Below, in pieces: positions 7,418-16,913 of a stretch of DNA of 64,000 bases. The stretch lies in assembly GCA_002762785.1 (NCBI GenBank), contig PCXY01000003.1, positions 70,463-134,462 on the forward strand. The letters are read 5' to 3'. The notes beneath the pieces are model-generated. The model worked only from the letters and a program-made list of their open reading frames with translations, had not been told where the DNA came from and did not search any database. Source of the DNA: Candidatus Woesearchaeota archaeon CG10_big_fil_rev_8_21_14_0_10_45_16 (GTDB lineage: Archaea; Nanobdellota; Nanobdellia; Woesearchaeales; GW2011-AR9). The position numbers were made by a program, and so were the translations under genes. Every line of letters begins with the position of its first letter. The stretch's first letter is position 1.

Positions 7418-8446
7418 TTGTCCAGTGTGAGAGCGCTTCTACCTGCGAAATTTGGCAGGTTCAGCGGTTGGAGGATGAGCACTGGACACACTGGTCAGGT
7501 CCGGGTAAGATATATAAATCATAAAAGTCATGATAATGACATGGATATTAACATGGATGTTGCTGGCCTTATCACAAAAGAGGGATGGCGTCTGGGAAGA
7601 AGCCCCAGGACTATCAAGACCTACATCTACGTTGTAGAGAAATTCTTAAGGACGTATCATAAAGAGCCGCATCAGGTTACCAAACGGGACATTGAGAACC
7701 ATCTTCTTCGGCTGCAAGAAAGGAACAGCTCAGGCAATACGATGAATGTCCATCTCAACGCTCTTAAGTTCTTTTATGAAAGGGTCCTTAAGAAAAAGCT
7801 GACGGTCAATATCGAGTTTGCTAAAGTGCGGAAGAGTTTGCCCACGGTCTTGAGCAAAGAAGAGACTTCTGCCTTGTTTTCTGCCATCTCTAACCCTAAA
7901 CAGCAGTTGATGGTCAAGCTGCTCTATGCCAGCGGGATGCGGGTCAGTGAACTTGCTTCCTTGCGTGTGCGTGATCTTGAATTCAACAATAACTATGGAT
8001 GGGTCAGGAACGGCAAAGGTGGTAAGGATAGATTATTCATTATCGCCAAAAAGTTGAAGAACGAGATCCTGGCCAGGATATCTCAAAACAAACTGCATTC
8101 TGCTGACTGGCTATTTCCTGGGTATAACAGCAACCACATCAGCCCCAGTTCCATCCGCACTATCATCAAGACCGCTTCCCTGAAAGCTGGTATCAGCAAA
8201 AATGTTCATCCCCACACTTTGCGCCACTCTTTCGCCACCCATCTGATCGAAAATGGCTACGCGGTGACGGAAGTGCAGCCTCTCCTTGGCCATGGTTCGA
8301 TCAACACGACCATGATCTATCTTCATATCGCATCACCACAATTGTTAAAAGTAGAAAGTCCTCTTGATTCGTTAGGGACAGCAGCGAGAGAAGTAAGAAT
8401 AGTAAAGACGGTGGGGGTACGATCTGATCCTCTGGATGCTGCCTGA
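7418..8446 (+). CDS. tyrosine site-specific recombinase, integron-integrase-like (XerC/XerD/IntI family)
   Basis: Conserved blocks match IntI closely: LLYASGMRVSELASLRVRDL, GKGGKDR, HPHTLRHSFATHL, LLGHGSINTTMIYLHI and a C-terminal SPLDSL. The true start may be Met42 or Met46, at 7541 or 7553. Confidence 0.8.
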   Translation: MSSVRALLPAKFGRFSGWRMSTGHTGQVRVRYINHKSHDNDMDINMDVAGLITKEGWRLGRSPRTIKTYIYVVEKFLRTYHKEPHQVTKRDIENHLLRLQERNSSGNTMNVHLNALKFFYERVLKKKLTVNIEFAKVRKSLPTVLSKEETSALFSAISNPKQQLMVKLLYASGMRVSELASLRVRDLEFNNNYGWVRNGKGGKDRLFIIAKKLKNEILARISQNKLHSADWLFPGYNSNHISPSSIRTIIKTASLKAGISKNVHPHTLRHSFATHLIENGYAVTEVQPLLGHGSINTTMIYLHIASPQLLKVESPLDSLGTAAREVRIVKTVGVRSDPLDAA

Positions 8447-8463
8447 TCCCGGGGATAATTCTC

Positions 8464-9687
8464 ATGAACATCCGCCGCGTCAGATACAAAGACATTGAAC
8501 AGGTTCCTCAGCTTCGCATAAACAAACGTTTCAAGCAGGATTTCCAAGGCTCGGCGCCTGCTCCTTTTGTCGGCCGTTATGGTTATCCTAATGTAAACTT
8601 AGGTATTCTCAGCCCGCAATTTGTCGGTGACGTCTCTGAATATGATTCTCCCCGGTTATGGAGCAAGGAAAGCTTCCAGATCGGTCAGGTGGCCAGCATC
8701 CGTTACGGCCTGGTGAATTCCCGTACTAAATGGAGCATCAAAGATCTCTATAAAGATCAGCTGCAATCCGGAAAACGCTTCTTTGAAACCTGTCAGGAAG
8801 TTGGCATGGCCACTAAAGCCGCAGAGATCGAGGTGGCGCTCAAGAAACCGCCTAAGCTGGACTTCAAGCCAGAGAAAGAGATCATCCCCTACGGGCCTGC
8901 TTCTGAGATCCTCAAAGCCAGGATAGCCGGCAGTCCGCGAGTTGATACCAGGGTAGAGAAAGTGGTCTATGATACTGATCTGAAAGCTGCTTCTGGGGTT
9001 GTCAATCTTTATAAGAAAGGATTTGAAGAGAATTACCTGACTCGGCTGCTGTCAGTAGGAACTTTAGGATTGCAAGAAAGAAGAAAGCTGGTGCCGACCA
9101 GATGGAGTATCACCGCCGTCGATGACACCATCGGTAAAGAACTGATAAATGAGGTCAAACAGTTTCCTGTGGGGGAGTATCGCGCTTATTTCGGCGGCGG
9201 CTGGGGCAATTTCTATCTTCTGTTGTTCTTTCCGGAAGTATGGAGCTATGAACTGTTTGAGACGTATCTTCACCCTTCCGGAACCGCAGCTACCAATCCC
9301 TGGTCAAAACAAGGTTATATGTATTCGACCGATCATGAAAGCTATGTTGGTCGCAAGAATTACGCTGAAGAGACCGCCGGCGGCTATTATGCCTGCCGTA
9401 TCTCCGTAGCAGAGAAGATGAAAGAACTTAAGCGGCAAGGATCGTGCCTGGCCTTACGTTTCATCACCCCTGAATATAACATCCCTCTAGGGGTCTGGGT
9501 CTGCCGGCAGGCTACCCGCAAGGCTCTCGAGAAACAGCCTCTCGTGTTTGATTCAGAAGAACTGATGATGGCCTTTGCCAGATCGTTGATAGAACGGAAG
9601 TTTGGTTTCAAGCTTGATTTTCTGCTGAAAGAGTCGCAGCTGCTGAAACAGAAGAAAGAACAGACCAAGCTGGCGGAGTTTGTCTGA
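8464..9687 (+). CDS. conserved hypothetical protein, possibly Nre-family (DUF650/DUF651-like)
   Basis: 407-aa ORF. The Nre assignment is from memory of the family and is unverified. Confidence 0.3.
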   Translation: MNIRRVRYKDIEQVPQLRINKRFKQDFQGSAPAPFVGRYGYPNVNLGILSPQFVGDVSEYDSPRLWSKESFQIGQVASIRYGLVNSRTKWSIKDLYKDQLQSGKRFFETCQEVGMATKAAEIEVALKKPPKLDFKPEKEIIPYGPASEILKARIAGSPRVDTRVEKVVYDTDLKAASGVVNLYKKGFEENYLTRLLSVGTLGLQERRKLVPTRWSITAVDDTIGKELINEVKQFPVGEYRAYFGGGWGNFYLLLFFPEVWSYELFETYLHPSGTAATNPWSKQGYMYSTDHESYVGRKNYAEETAGGYYACRISVAEKMKELKRQGSCLALRFITPEYNIPLGVWVCRQATRKALEKQPLVFDSEELMMAFARSLIERKFGFKLDFLLKESQLLKQKKEQTKLAEFV

Positions 9688-10236
9688 ATTAGAGCCTGTC
9701 TAAATTGGAATTAGTCTGAATTGGAGTTTGAATTGGAATTAGTCTTGTCGGCTGGCTTCTTAATTTTTTTCTGTCAAAGCTTAGTATCTTTTGTCAAATC
9801 TTTGCAAATGTTGTAAGTTAATTATTACCCTCTGAATGGCAACTTGTTTTTACTCCAGGCAGTGATGAACAAGTTTTATAAACACCAAGACTTTCAAAAA
9901 AGTACAAGGTTTGCAAGGGAAACCCTGTGTGTTAACGTGGTCTTAAAGAGGTGATGTAGTGTGGATATCGACCGTGAGTTTGAAGAGTTCGTGCATAAAA
10001 ATTTTAAGAAGTTGACGGAGAATCAAAAGCAGATCTGTAAGAAATTGGGGGTTATCATCCCTCAATAACTTCTTCTTATCATTTTTTTAATATTTTCTTA
10101 GTATATCTTCAATCTCTTTTTATCAAACGATTATAAATTGAACGAATCATCATTATAAACAATCATCATTATAAACTAAGACTATCATAAGCAAAACTAA
10201 TTTAATTCAATTTTAAGTAGAAATTAATATCCAATT

Positions 10237-10779
10237 CTATCTGAAACTAGAACCGCAGCCGCAGGTGGCTTTTGCGTTAGGATTGGTGATCTTGAATCCG
10301 GCATCAGTCAATCCATCACTATAATCGATGACGGCGCCGTTAAGTTTCTCAGCCGCATTCTTACTGAGGAAAACTTTTGCATCTTCTTTCTCGATGACAA
10401 TATCGTCAGCCGTCTGTTCATCAGCCAGTTCAAAGCCATATTTCAATCCTGAACAGCCGCCGGCATGGACGCTTAGCCGAAGAGCTTTCTTCCCATGAGA
10501 TGCGCAGAAGAGCTTGATCTTGTCAGCTGCTGCGGGTGTGATGGTCAGTTCGGGGTTTCCAGACTGCGAAGGCGCGCACTGTTCATTCAGCTTCTTGACA
10601 GCCTCGTCGATCTCTTCTTCTGTGAATCCGTGGCCGCGGAAGCCATCTTCCAGCGATTCGTAGGGGCTGACGTGACAGCCGACGCAATGGACACCGAAAC
10701 TAAGAAGTGTCTCGATCAGTTCAGGATGCTGTTCAACGATGTCCCCGATCATGTCTTCCCGATTTATCATTTTAGTCAT
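10237..10779 (-). CDS. HesB/IscA-type Fe-S cluster insertion protein with an N-terminal DUF1858-like domain
   Basis: The C-terminal CGCGSSF motif is characteristic of IscA/HesB. The N-terminal part carries CVGCH. Confidence 0.6.
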   Translation of the reverse strand: MTKMINREDMIGDIVEQHPELIETLLSFGVHCVGCHVSPYESLEDGFRGHGFTEEEIDEAVKKLNEQCAPSQSGNPELTITPAAADKIKLFCASHGKKALRLSVHAGGCSGLKYGFELADEQTADDIVIEKEDAKVFLSKNAAEKLNGAVIDYSDGLTDAGFKITNPNAKATCGCGSSFR

Positions 10780-10883
10780 CTGTTCTTATTTTATCTTAAA
10801 GTGTATTTTTATTCATTATTATATAAGATTTACTGTATAATCCTTCTATCACAGCCATGTCGTTCGGCAACTTTTTTAAATGT

Positions 10884-11522
10884 TTAAAAATCACCTAAGT
10901 TAGTCTGTTTTCTTTTAACATTAATCACTGAAGCAATAGTCCGGAAATCGTCTTTCATCTGCTGCAGCATCTCTGGGTTTCGTCCTGAATAAAGGTAGCT
11001 GGCCGGATGGATGACCGGGACGACGCTGACTTCTTTCTGGTCTATGCTGGTCTTGAAGATCTTACCACGCAAAGACTTGATACCGGTCTTGCCGATGATC
11101 CTTTCTGTGGCGAAGTTGCCGATGGTGACGATAACCTTTGGTCGCATGATACCGATCAGCCGGTCCAGCCTTTCACGGCAGTTTTGCACTTCTTCTTTCT
11201 GAGGATTACGGTTGTCAGGCGGCCGGCAGAGGATGGTATTGGTGATAAAAATATCTTCCCGAGCCAGGTTGATGGAAGCTAATAACTCATCCAGGATCTT
11301 CCCGGACATACCGCAGAAAGGAACGCCATTTTTATCTTCATTAGCTCCAGGAGCTTCACCGATGAATAAGACTTCAGCCTGCTTGCTGCCGGAGCCGAAG
11401 ACGACTTGGGTCCTATTTTGACAGAGGATCGGGCATCTCTGGCAGGTGCGATATTCTTCTTTAAGCTGTTCGAAGGTCATGAAATGGGTAAGGGGATCTT
11501 TTGTGATTTTATGTCTTTTCAT
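10884..11522 (-). CDS. udg: uracil-DNA glycosylase, family 4
   Basis: CQRCPL motif and [23 protein letters not shown] (GEAPG...PF.G..G) are diagnostic of family 4 UDG. Confidence 0.75.
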   Translation of the reverse strand: MKRHKITKDPLTHFMTFEQLKEEYRTCQRCPILCQNRTQVVFGSGSKQAEVLFIGEAPGANEDKNGVPFCGMSGKILDELLASINLAREDIFITNTILCRPPDNRNPQKEEVQNCRERLDRLIGIMRPKVIVTIGNFATERIIGKTGIKSLRGKIFKTSIDQKEVSVVPVIHPASYLYSGRNPEMLQQMKDDFRTIASVINVKRKQTNLGDF

Positions 11523-11658
11523 TCCAGAGAACTACTTTAGAGATTTCCCTCTTCCCATCACCACTAAACCCACTTGGCACTAAACCCACTTGGCACTAAA
11601 CTACTTTGGAGTGATTAATTTGGAAATGTTTATAAACTGGAAATGTTGATCCTGAAAC

Positions 11659-12339
11659 ATGGAAACTGAAACCAGAGGGGCTATTGCTGATGCGCGTCAT
11701 ATCGTGGCTAATCCGCGAGTCAGTTCAGATGGAAGAAAGAACGATCCCGTCGATTTCCTGATCGGCTGTCAACATCTAGAACAGAGACACCGGCTTTATG
11801 TAGTTAGGGCTGATGGTCTTTACGCTCCTAGAAGTGAAACTCTCAAAAGTGAAGCTCCCAAAAGTATTCTCCTGGTAGGTCACATCGGCGCTGGAAAATC
11901 AACTTTAGCAGCTGCCCTAGTAGCTCAGGCTGCTCAGGGAAGCCTTTCTTACTTTTTAGGTTCAGGTGGAGCAGAGTCAGAATTCGGCCTGATGCACATC
12001 GGGTCTGAAGCCAGGGTTTTCCCTCTTGTTGAGACACCTGAAAATTGGAGATTTTACGGAGCAGGTGCAACTGTTGCTGATATTGTTCGCGTGAAGAGAG
12101 AAGGTTCCGGTCCTGTTCTGATGGAAGAAAAAGTAGACCCTCAAAGGTTGGTAGGTTACTTGGGAGCTGATCTATACGACAGAGATGAAAGTCCAGAAAA
12201 TCCGCAGCGGCTCGATGCCATCCAAAGCCTGTTAGTGGGGCCGTTGTTGGAAGGAAAGCTGCGTTATCATTCTCTCAGAAATGTCACCGGAAAGCTGGAT
12301 GAGGCGGTTTCTCTTCTCACCGGCTGTTTTTTCCAATAG
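11659..12339 (+). CDS. P-loop NTPase, function unknown
   Basis: Walker A LLVGHIGAGKST. No other recognisable motif. Confidence 0.35.
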   Translation: METETRGAIADARHIVANPRVSSDGRKNDPVDFLIGCQHLEQRHRLYVVRADGLYAPRSETLKSEAPKSILLVGHIGAGKSTLAAALVAQAAQGSLSYFLGSGGAESEFGLMHIGSEARVFPLVETPENWRFYGAGATVADIVRVKREGSGPVLMEEKVDPQRLVGYLGADLYDRDESPENPQRLDAIQSLLVGPLLEGKLRYHSLRNVTGKLDEAVSLLTGCFFQ

Positions 12340-12375
12340 GAAACTTTATAAATGATGCTCTAGTTTTAGGAGCAA

Positions 12376-12564
12376 ATGGAGCAACAGCAGGAAGTAAAGC
12401 CCAGCAAGACCAGGCGGTTTTTAAAGGAAACGAAAAGAGTGCTTCATATCACCAAGAAGCCAAACCGCACTGAATTCCTAAGCCTGAGTAAGATCACTGG
12501 CTTGGGTGTAGCGATCATCGGCGCCATCGGTTTTGTCATCTTCCTGATCAAACAATTTATCTAA
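12376..12564 (+). CDS. secE: preprotein translocase subunit SecE / Sec61-gamma
   Basis: 62-aa protein with a basic N-terminus and a single C-terminal TM helix, immediately upstream of spt5. Confidence 0.55.
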   Translation: MEQQQEVKPSKTRRFLKETKRVLHITKKPNRTEFLSLSKITGLGVAIIGAIGFVIFLIKQFI

Positions 12565-12565
12565 A

Positions 12566-13030
12566 ATGGCTGAAACACATATCTTTGGATTACGCACGGC
12601 AGCTAACCGGGAAGACCAGGTTGTTGACTATCTTATCTCTAAGCTGAAGAAAAGCCCGAAAGGTATCTTCTCTGTGATCAGGCCGCACGGTATGCGCGGC
12701 TATATCTTCGTGGAAGCCGTCTCCAAAGCTGATGCAGAATCTACTCTTCAAGGGGTTCCTTATGCCCGCGGTCTTTTGCCTTCTGAGATCCCTTACCCGG
12801 AGATTGAACACATGCTGGAGCAGGTCAAGGTTGAGATGAATGTCCATAAGAACGATATCGTGGAGATTATCTCTGGTCCGTTCAAACGGGAGAATGCCAA
12901 AGTCATGCGTATCAACAAGCAGAAGGAAGAGATTGTTGTCGAACTGCTTGAGTCTGCTGTTCCGATCCCGATCACTGTTAAGATGGATGCCGTCAAGGTT
13001 ATCCGTCGTGAAGGCGAAAGCGAAGATTGA
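12566..13030 (+). CDS. spt5: transcription elongation factor Spt5 (NusG homolog)
   Basis: NGN domain plus a KOW motif (GDIVEIISGPFKRENAKVMRI). Conserved secE-spt5 adjacency. Confidence 0.8.
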   Translation: MAETHIFGLRTAANREDQVVDYLISKLKKSPKGIFSVIRPHGMRGYIFVEAVSKADAESTLQGVPYARGLLPSEIPYPEIEHMLEQVKVEMNVHKNDIVEIISGPFKRENAKVMRINKQKEEIVVELLESAVPIPITVKMDAVKVIRREGESED

Positions 13031-13115
13031 GCTTTGCTTTAAGTGCAGACTTTTAGGAATAGATACCTTTTTAAACTTATATTTCTTCTCTTCTCTTTAA
13101 AGAGGTGATGTACTG

Positions 13116-13364
13116 ATGATGTGCAGTAGCAGTGGAATGTGTATAAAATGCAAGGGTGTCATGAAACTTATCACTGGCGCTCTTCTTCTGCTGAACGCTT
13201 TCGTATGGCCGTTATGGCTGGGCGTAGACGGCTGGGTATCGTTCGTTGCAGCACTCATGGTTCTAGGCGGATTAGTGAAGTTGTTCGTGCCGAACGGCTG
13301 TCCGCATTGCAGAGCTATGAGTTCCGGTTCGATGATGCCAGCTTCTGGTAAGAAGAAAAGGTAA
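13116..13364 (+). CDS. small membrane protein with CxxC and CPHC motifs
   Basis: 82 aa with a hydrophobic core, preceded by a strong SD-like AAAGAGGTGAT. Confidence 0.35.
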   Translation: MMCSSSGMCIKCKGVMKLITGALLLLNAFVWPLWLGVDGWVSFVAALMVLGGLVKLFVPNGCPHCRAMSSGSMMPASGKKKR

Positions 13365-13599
13365 ATTTTTCTTTTTTTTATTTAATATTATTTCTTGTTG
13401 TTTCTTTAGGATCGGTGCGGCGGTTTGTCCATTGCTCAGGGATTAGCTACATAGTCATCAATTTGGGCTATTATTACGATTATTATTACGATTATTTTGA
13501 GGAATAATATCAAAGATCAATATTAGCTAATTGACAAGATAATGACGCCTACGGCGTTTTATAGCAATCTTTTTATAATAGGGATGAAGAAGCCTTCCC

Positions 13600-13830
13600 G
13601 TGCCAGCGTCGCTTAATCCGGTGGCGTCCAAGCAGCAGCTTACGCCGGAGAATATAGCGTCGGTCTCGAACAAGTGTCACGCCACTTGAGAGGCGGGGCG
13701 ACATACGCTTCGCTTAGTCACCGTGAAACATTTTATCGAGTTAACCGATCCCTCTGGGATTCCCGGTTCAAAACAGATGTCGCATCAAGAAATTGTGGAT
13801 CGATGAAAGTCCGGGCGCTGGCGCTTTTTC
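13600..13830 (+). ncRNA. candidate structured ncRNA of about 230 nt. Type unresolved. Contains the RNase P CR-I-like 12-mer GAAAGTCCGGGC.
   Basis: A TATA box TTTTATAA at 13571-13578 puts the transcription start near 13600. The 5' GCCAGCG (13602-13608) pairs with the 3' CGCTGGC (13817-13823), followed by an oligo-T tract at 13824-13830. Several internal GC-rich hairpins. Confidence 0.4.
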
Positions 13831-13910
13831 TTTACTGTAAAAAGCCAGAAAGCTCAGCACACAAAGAAACGCAATGGCCTTTCTTGTACCCCCGAAATCA
13901 ACGTGATCTC

Positions 13911-14912
13911 TCAGGGCTTTTTTCTAACGATATGATCCGTAATTTCAGTTGAGAATGTGATCGGATAATCGACTTGGCATCTTTCTAATATACCATTTAA
14001 TTCGTCGATTCCAATGTCGCCGGTCACTTCCAAAGTTCGTTGCCTCTTATGATGTCCGTTTTTTCCATTAACTTTTACGCTTACACCAGAAGAGTCAGTT
14101 CTTCTTCCATGTCCGCGGACTCTTTTAGCCATTGCTTGTAACATCCCAACATCTACTCCTTTTTGAGATTCCACAGTAACGGTATACATACGTCTTTGTT
14201 GAAGAGCTTCTTCTAGGGCCTGAGCTGAATTTAAAACTTTTGAAGTTAAATATTGATGAAAGATAGCTTCGCACTGGTGGGGAGCATCAATTCTGCTTCC
14301 AAGATTTACCCTTGCTTCTAACGCTTTTCGAAGGAGAGAAGCGTATAATTCTCTTTCGTTTACTGGAATGATTGCGGGTGGATAGGCTGCTTGTTCTAAT
14401 GTAAAATTCTGTAGTAATCTAGCTGCTCTTCCATTACCGTCAGTATAAGGATGAATGTGGGCTAATCTAGCATGTGCCTCAATAGAACGTAGTACTGGAT
14501 GTATATCGGCGCGCTGTAGGGTATAAGCAAGACTATCCATCTCATAGATTATTCTTTCAGGCGCTGAGGGAGGAACGGTCCCGATCGTGACTTCGATATT
14601 TCTGTAATTGGCGGTAGGGTTATTTGCTGGTTCTATCAGATGTCCCAAAGATGCCAGAGAGGCTGTAGTGATTCCGCTTCGAGCTAGATGATCCCAAGCT
14701 CTTTCGATATTAGTTCCAAATTGCCTATCTCGTTTAGAATAAGATGATTGGCAACCAGTAGCTTCAGATTCGTCTTCTATAGCGATCGAATGACGGATTG
14801 CATCACGTCGGATGGCTCCTAATGTCTCTTTCCTGACATATAATGAATATTCTGGATGAGCGTTAATACGTCTAAGAGTAATATCTAGTCTCTCTAAAGT
14901 TTTTTGGGACAT
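13911..14912 (-). CDS. Fic/DOC family protein (putative AMPylase)
   Basis: HPYTDGNGRAARLL matches the Fic motif HPFx[DE]GNGR. Confidence 0.8.
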   Translation of the reverse strand: MSQKTLERLDITLRRINAHPEYSLYVRKETLGAIRRDAIRHSIAIEDESEATGCQSSYSKRDRQFGTNIERAWDHLARSGITTASLASLGHLIEPANNPTANYRNIEVTIGTVPPSAPERIIYEMDSLAYTLQRADIHPVLRSIEAHARLAHIHPYTDGNGRAARLLQNFTLEQAAYPPAIIPVNERELYASLLRKALEARVNLGSRIDAPHQCEAIFHQYLTSKVLNSAQALEEALQQRRMYTVTVESQKGVDVGMLQAMAKRVRGHGRRTDSSGVSVKVNGKNGHHKRQRTLEVTGDIGIDELNGILERCQVDYPITFSTEITDHIVRKKP

Positions 14913-15076
14913 TAAACCTCTCTTCTTGTCTCTATTTATAAATCTTTCTAAAGTTTAACTACTCGTTAGTGGCAGTTGTGGGTTTTGGGTTAGAATTATG
15001 GATCTTTGGCTCGGCGTGATACGACCCTCATTAAAAAAAAGCGTTAAAAACAATTTCAAAAAAATCAATTCAGAAA

Positions 15077-15412
15077 TCAAACATCGACCATCTCAATCTC
15101 GATGTTAAGACCTTCAGGGATAGGCACCCTCATCACCAGGCGGAGAGTTCGCTCCTCCGCGCCGATATCGATAAGCCGCTTATGGATACGCATCTCGTAG
15201 CGTTCCCAGGAAGCCTTTCCTTCACCGTCAGGAGACTTTCGCGTGGTTACTTTCAGCTTCTTGGTGGGAAGCGGAATAGGGCCGCGAAGATCGACTCCGG
15301 TCTTGCCGGCTATCTCCTTGATATCACCGCAGATCTTGTTGATCTTGTCGATGTCGGTACTTGCTAGTTTTATACGTGCGCGTTGTGCCATTCTTCCTCC
15401 ATGATGAACCAT
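15077..15412 (-). CDS. rps10: 30S ribosomal protein S10 (uS10)
   Basis: Typical S10 sequence, located immediately downstream of tuf as in archaeal str clusters. Confidence 0.85.
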   Translation of the reverse strand: MVHHGGRMAQRARIKLASTDIDKINKICGDIKEIAGKTGVDLRGPIPLPTKKLKVTTRKSPDGEGKASWERYEMRIHKRLIDIGAEERTLRLVMRVPIPEGLNIEIEMVDV

Positions 15413-15454
15413 GGTTCACCATGCTTGTTGTGTGAAAGGGTAAAAATAAAAAAT

Positions 15455-16747
15455 TTATAATACTTTTTTAACTAGATCCATACACATTCCAGCTGCTACG
15501 GTAACGCCGGAATCACGGATAGCGAACTTAGCCATCTGCGGGATCTCGCTGTTTTTCTCGATGACGACGGCCTGGGTAGGTCGCAGCCTGACGATAGCAG
15601 CGTCTCCGTTTCTCAGGATGTCTTTGTTTTCAGTGACTTCCTGACCGGTTGCCGGGTTGATCTTCTTGACGATCTCTACGAACTGGCAAGCAACTTGCGC
15701 AGTGTGGATGTGGAAGACTGGTGTGTAGCCGACAGTAACAACACTCGGATGGTTCATGATGACGATCTGAGCGGTAAACTCGGTTACGACAGTTGGAACG
15801 TTGTCAGAATGACCTAGAACGTCTCCTCTAGCGATGTCTTTCTTACCGATACCACGGACGTTGAATCCGACGTTGTCGCCAGGTTCAGCTTGCTGAGCTT
15901 GTTCGTGATGCATCTCGATAGACTTGACGTCACCGGATACTCCCTTACCTTCACGGCCAGGGACGACGGTAACCTTGTCGCCGATTTTCATGACCCCTGT
16001 TTCGATCCTTCCTACTGGGACAACACCGATACCGGTGATATTATAGACGTCCTGGATAGGCAGGCGTAGAGGTAAATTGGTCGGTTTTGAAGGAACTTCA
16101 AACTTGTTGATAGCTGACAATAATGTATCGCCAGTCCACCAAGCCATCTTTTCAGATTTCTTGGTGATGTTCTCGCCAGGTAATGAGGCGATAGGGATGA
16201 ATCTTAGCAAGTCAGTCTTCCATCCTGCCTGAGCAGCATGTTTCTTAACTTCTTCGATAACTTCTTTGAACCTTTTCTCTGAGAAATCGACTCCTGAAAT
16301 ATCCATCTTATTGATAGCGACGACAAGTTGTCCTACACCAAAGATCTTGGATAGTTTAAGATGCTCGATGGTCTGAGCGTTGACGCCGTCGTTAGCAGCG
16401 ACTACCAGAACTGCGCAGTCTGCCTGAGAAGCGCCGGTGATCATGTTTTTGATGAAGTCCTTGTGCCCTGGAGCGTCGATGATGGTGAAATAGTATTTGT
16501 CGGTGTCAAACCTTTTGTGAGCCAAGTCGATAGTTACTCCTCTTTCCTGCTCTTCTTTCAGGTTGTCCATGACGAAAGCGAACTCGAAGCCGCCTTTACC
16601 AAGCTGCTGCGCTTTTTCTTTAAGTTTTCTCATAGCTTGTTCGTCAACGTTTCCGGTGTCGAATAGCAGACGGCCAACAGTTGTGGATTTACCGTGATCT
16701 ACGTGACCGATGAATACTAGGTTGATATGTTCTTTTGTTTTTGCCAT
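15455..16747 (-). CDS. tuf: translation elongation factor aEF-1alpha
   Basis: [14 protein letters not shown] and NKMD GTPase motifs. Archaeal/eukaryotic EF-1alpha type, not EF-Tu. Confidence 0.95.
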   Translation of the reverse strand: MAKTKEHINLVFIGHVDHGKSTTVGRLLFDTGNVDEQAMRKLKEKAQQLGKGGFEFAFVMDNLKEEQERGVTIDLAHKRFDTDKYYFTIIDAPGHKDFIKNMITGASQADCAVLVVAANDGVNAQTIEHLKLSKIFGVGQLVVAINKMDISGVDFSEKRFKEVIEEVKKHAAQAGWKTDLLRFIPIASLPGENITKKSEKMAWWTGDTLLSAINKFEVPSKPTNLPLRLPIQDVYNITGIGVVPVGRIETGVMKIGDKVTVVPGREGKGVSGDVKSIEMHHEQAQQAEPGDNVGFNVRGIGKKDIARGDVLGHSDNVPTVVTEFTAQIVIMNHPSVVTVGYTPVFHIHTAQVACQFVEIVKKINPATGQEVTENKDILRNGDAAIVRLRPTQAVVIEKNSEIPQMAKFAIRDSGVTVAAGMCMDLVKKVL

Positions 16748-16913
16748 TTTTTTTCAGGTAACCTCTCTTGTTTATTTTAAAGTAGGATTGTTCTCTCAGG
16801 TTTTGAGTTTATTTATAAAGATTTCGGAATTCCAGTGAGAATTCCGGAATCTCCTAGAGGTTTTACCTCTGTTAGACTTCGGTGAAGAAGTAGCTTTACT
16901 GAGGCTATAACCA

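Noticed and set aside
8111-8547. Minus-strand ORFs 8111..8326, 8301..8495 and 8323..8547
   Set aside because: They are antisense to the recombinase and the downstream gene, and have no motifs.
10495-11421. Plus-strand ORFs 10495..10887, 11007..11282, 11011..11202 and 11212..11421
   Set aside because: They are antisense to the IscA-like and UDG genes, both of which have diagnostic motifs.
13805-13816. Calling a full RNase P RNA gene from the CR-I 12-mer
   Set aside because: The motif lies about 200 nt from the putative 5' end rather than about 60 nt. Sequence downstream of 13830 is AT-rich and overlaps the 3' end of the Fic ORF. No CR-IV/CR-V (ACAGNRA...CCGGC) partner was seen. It is reported only as a candidate structured RNA.
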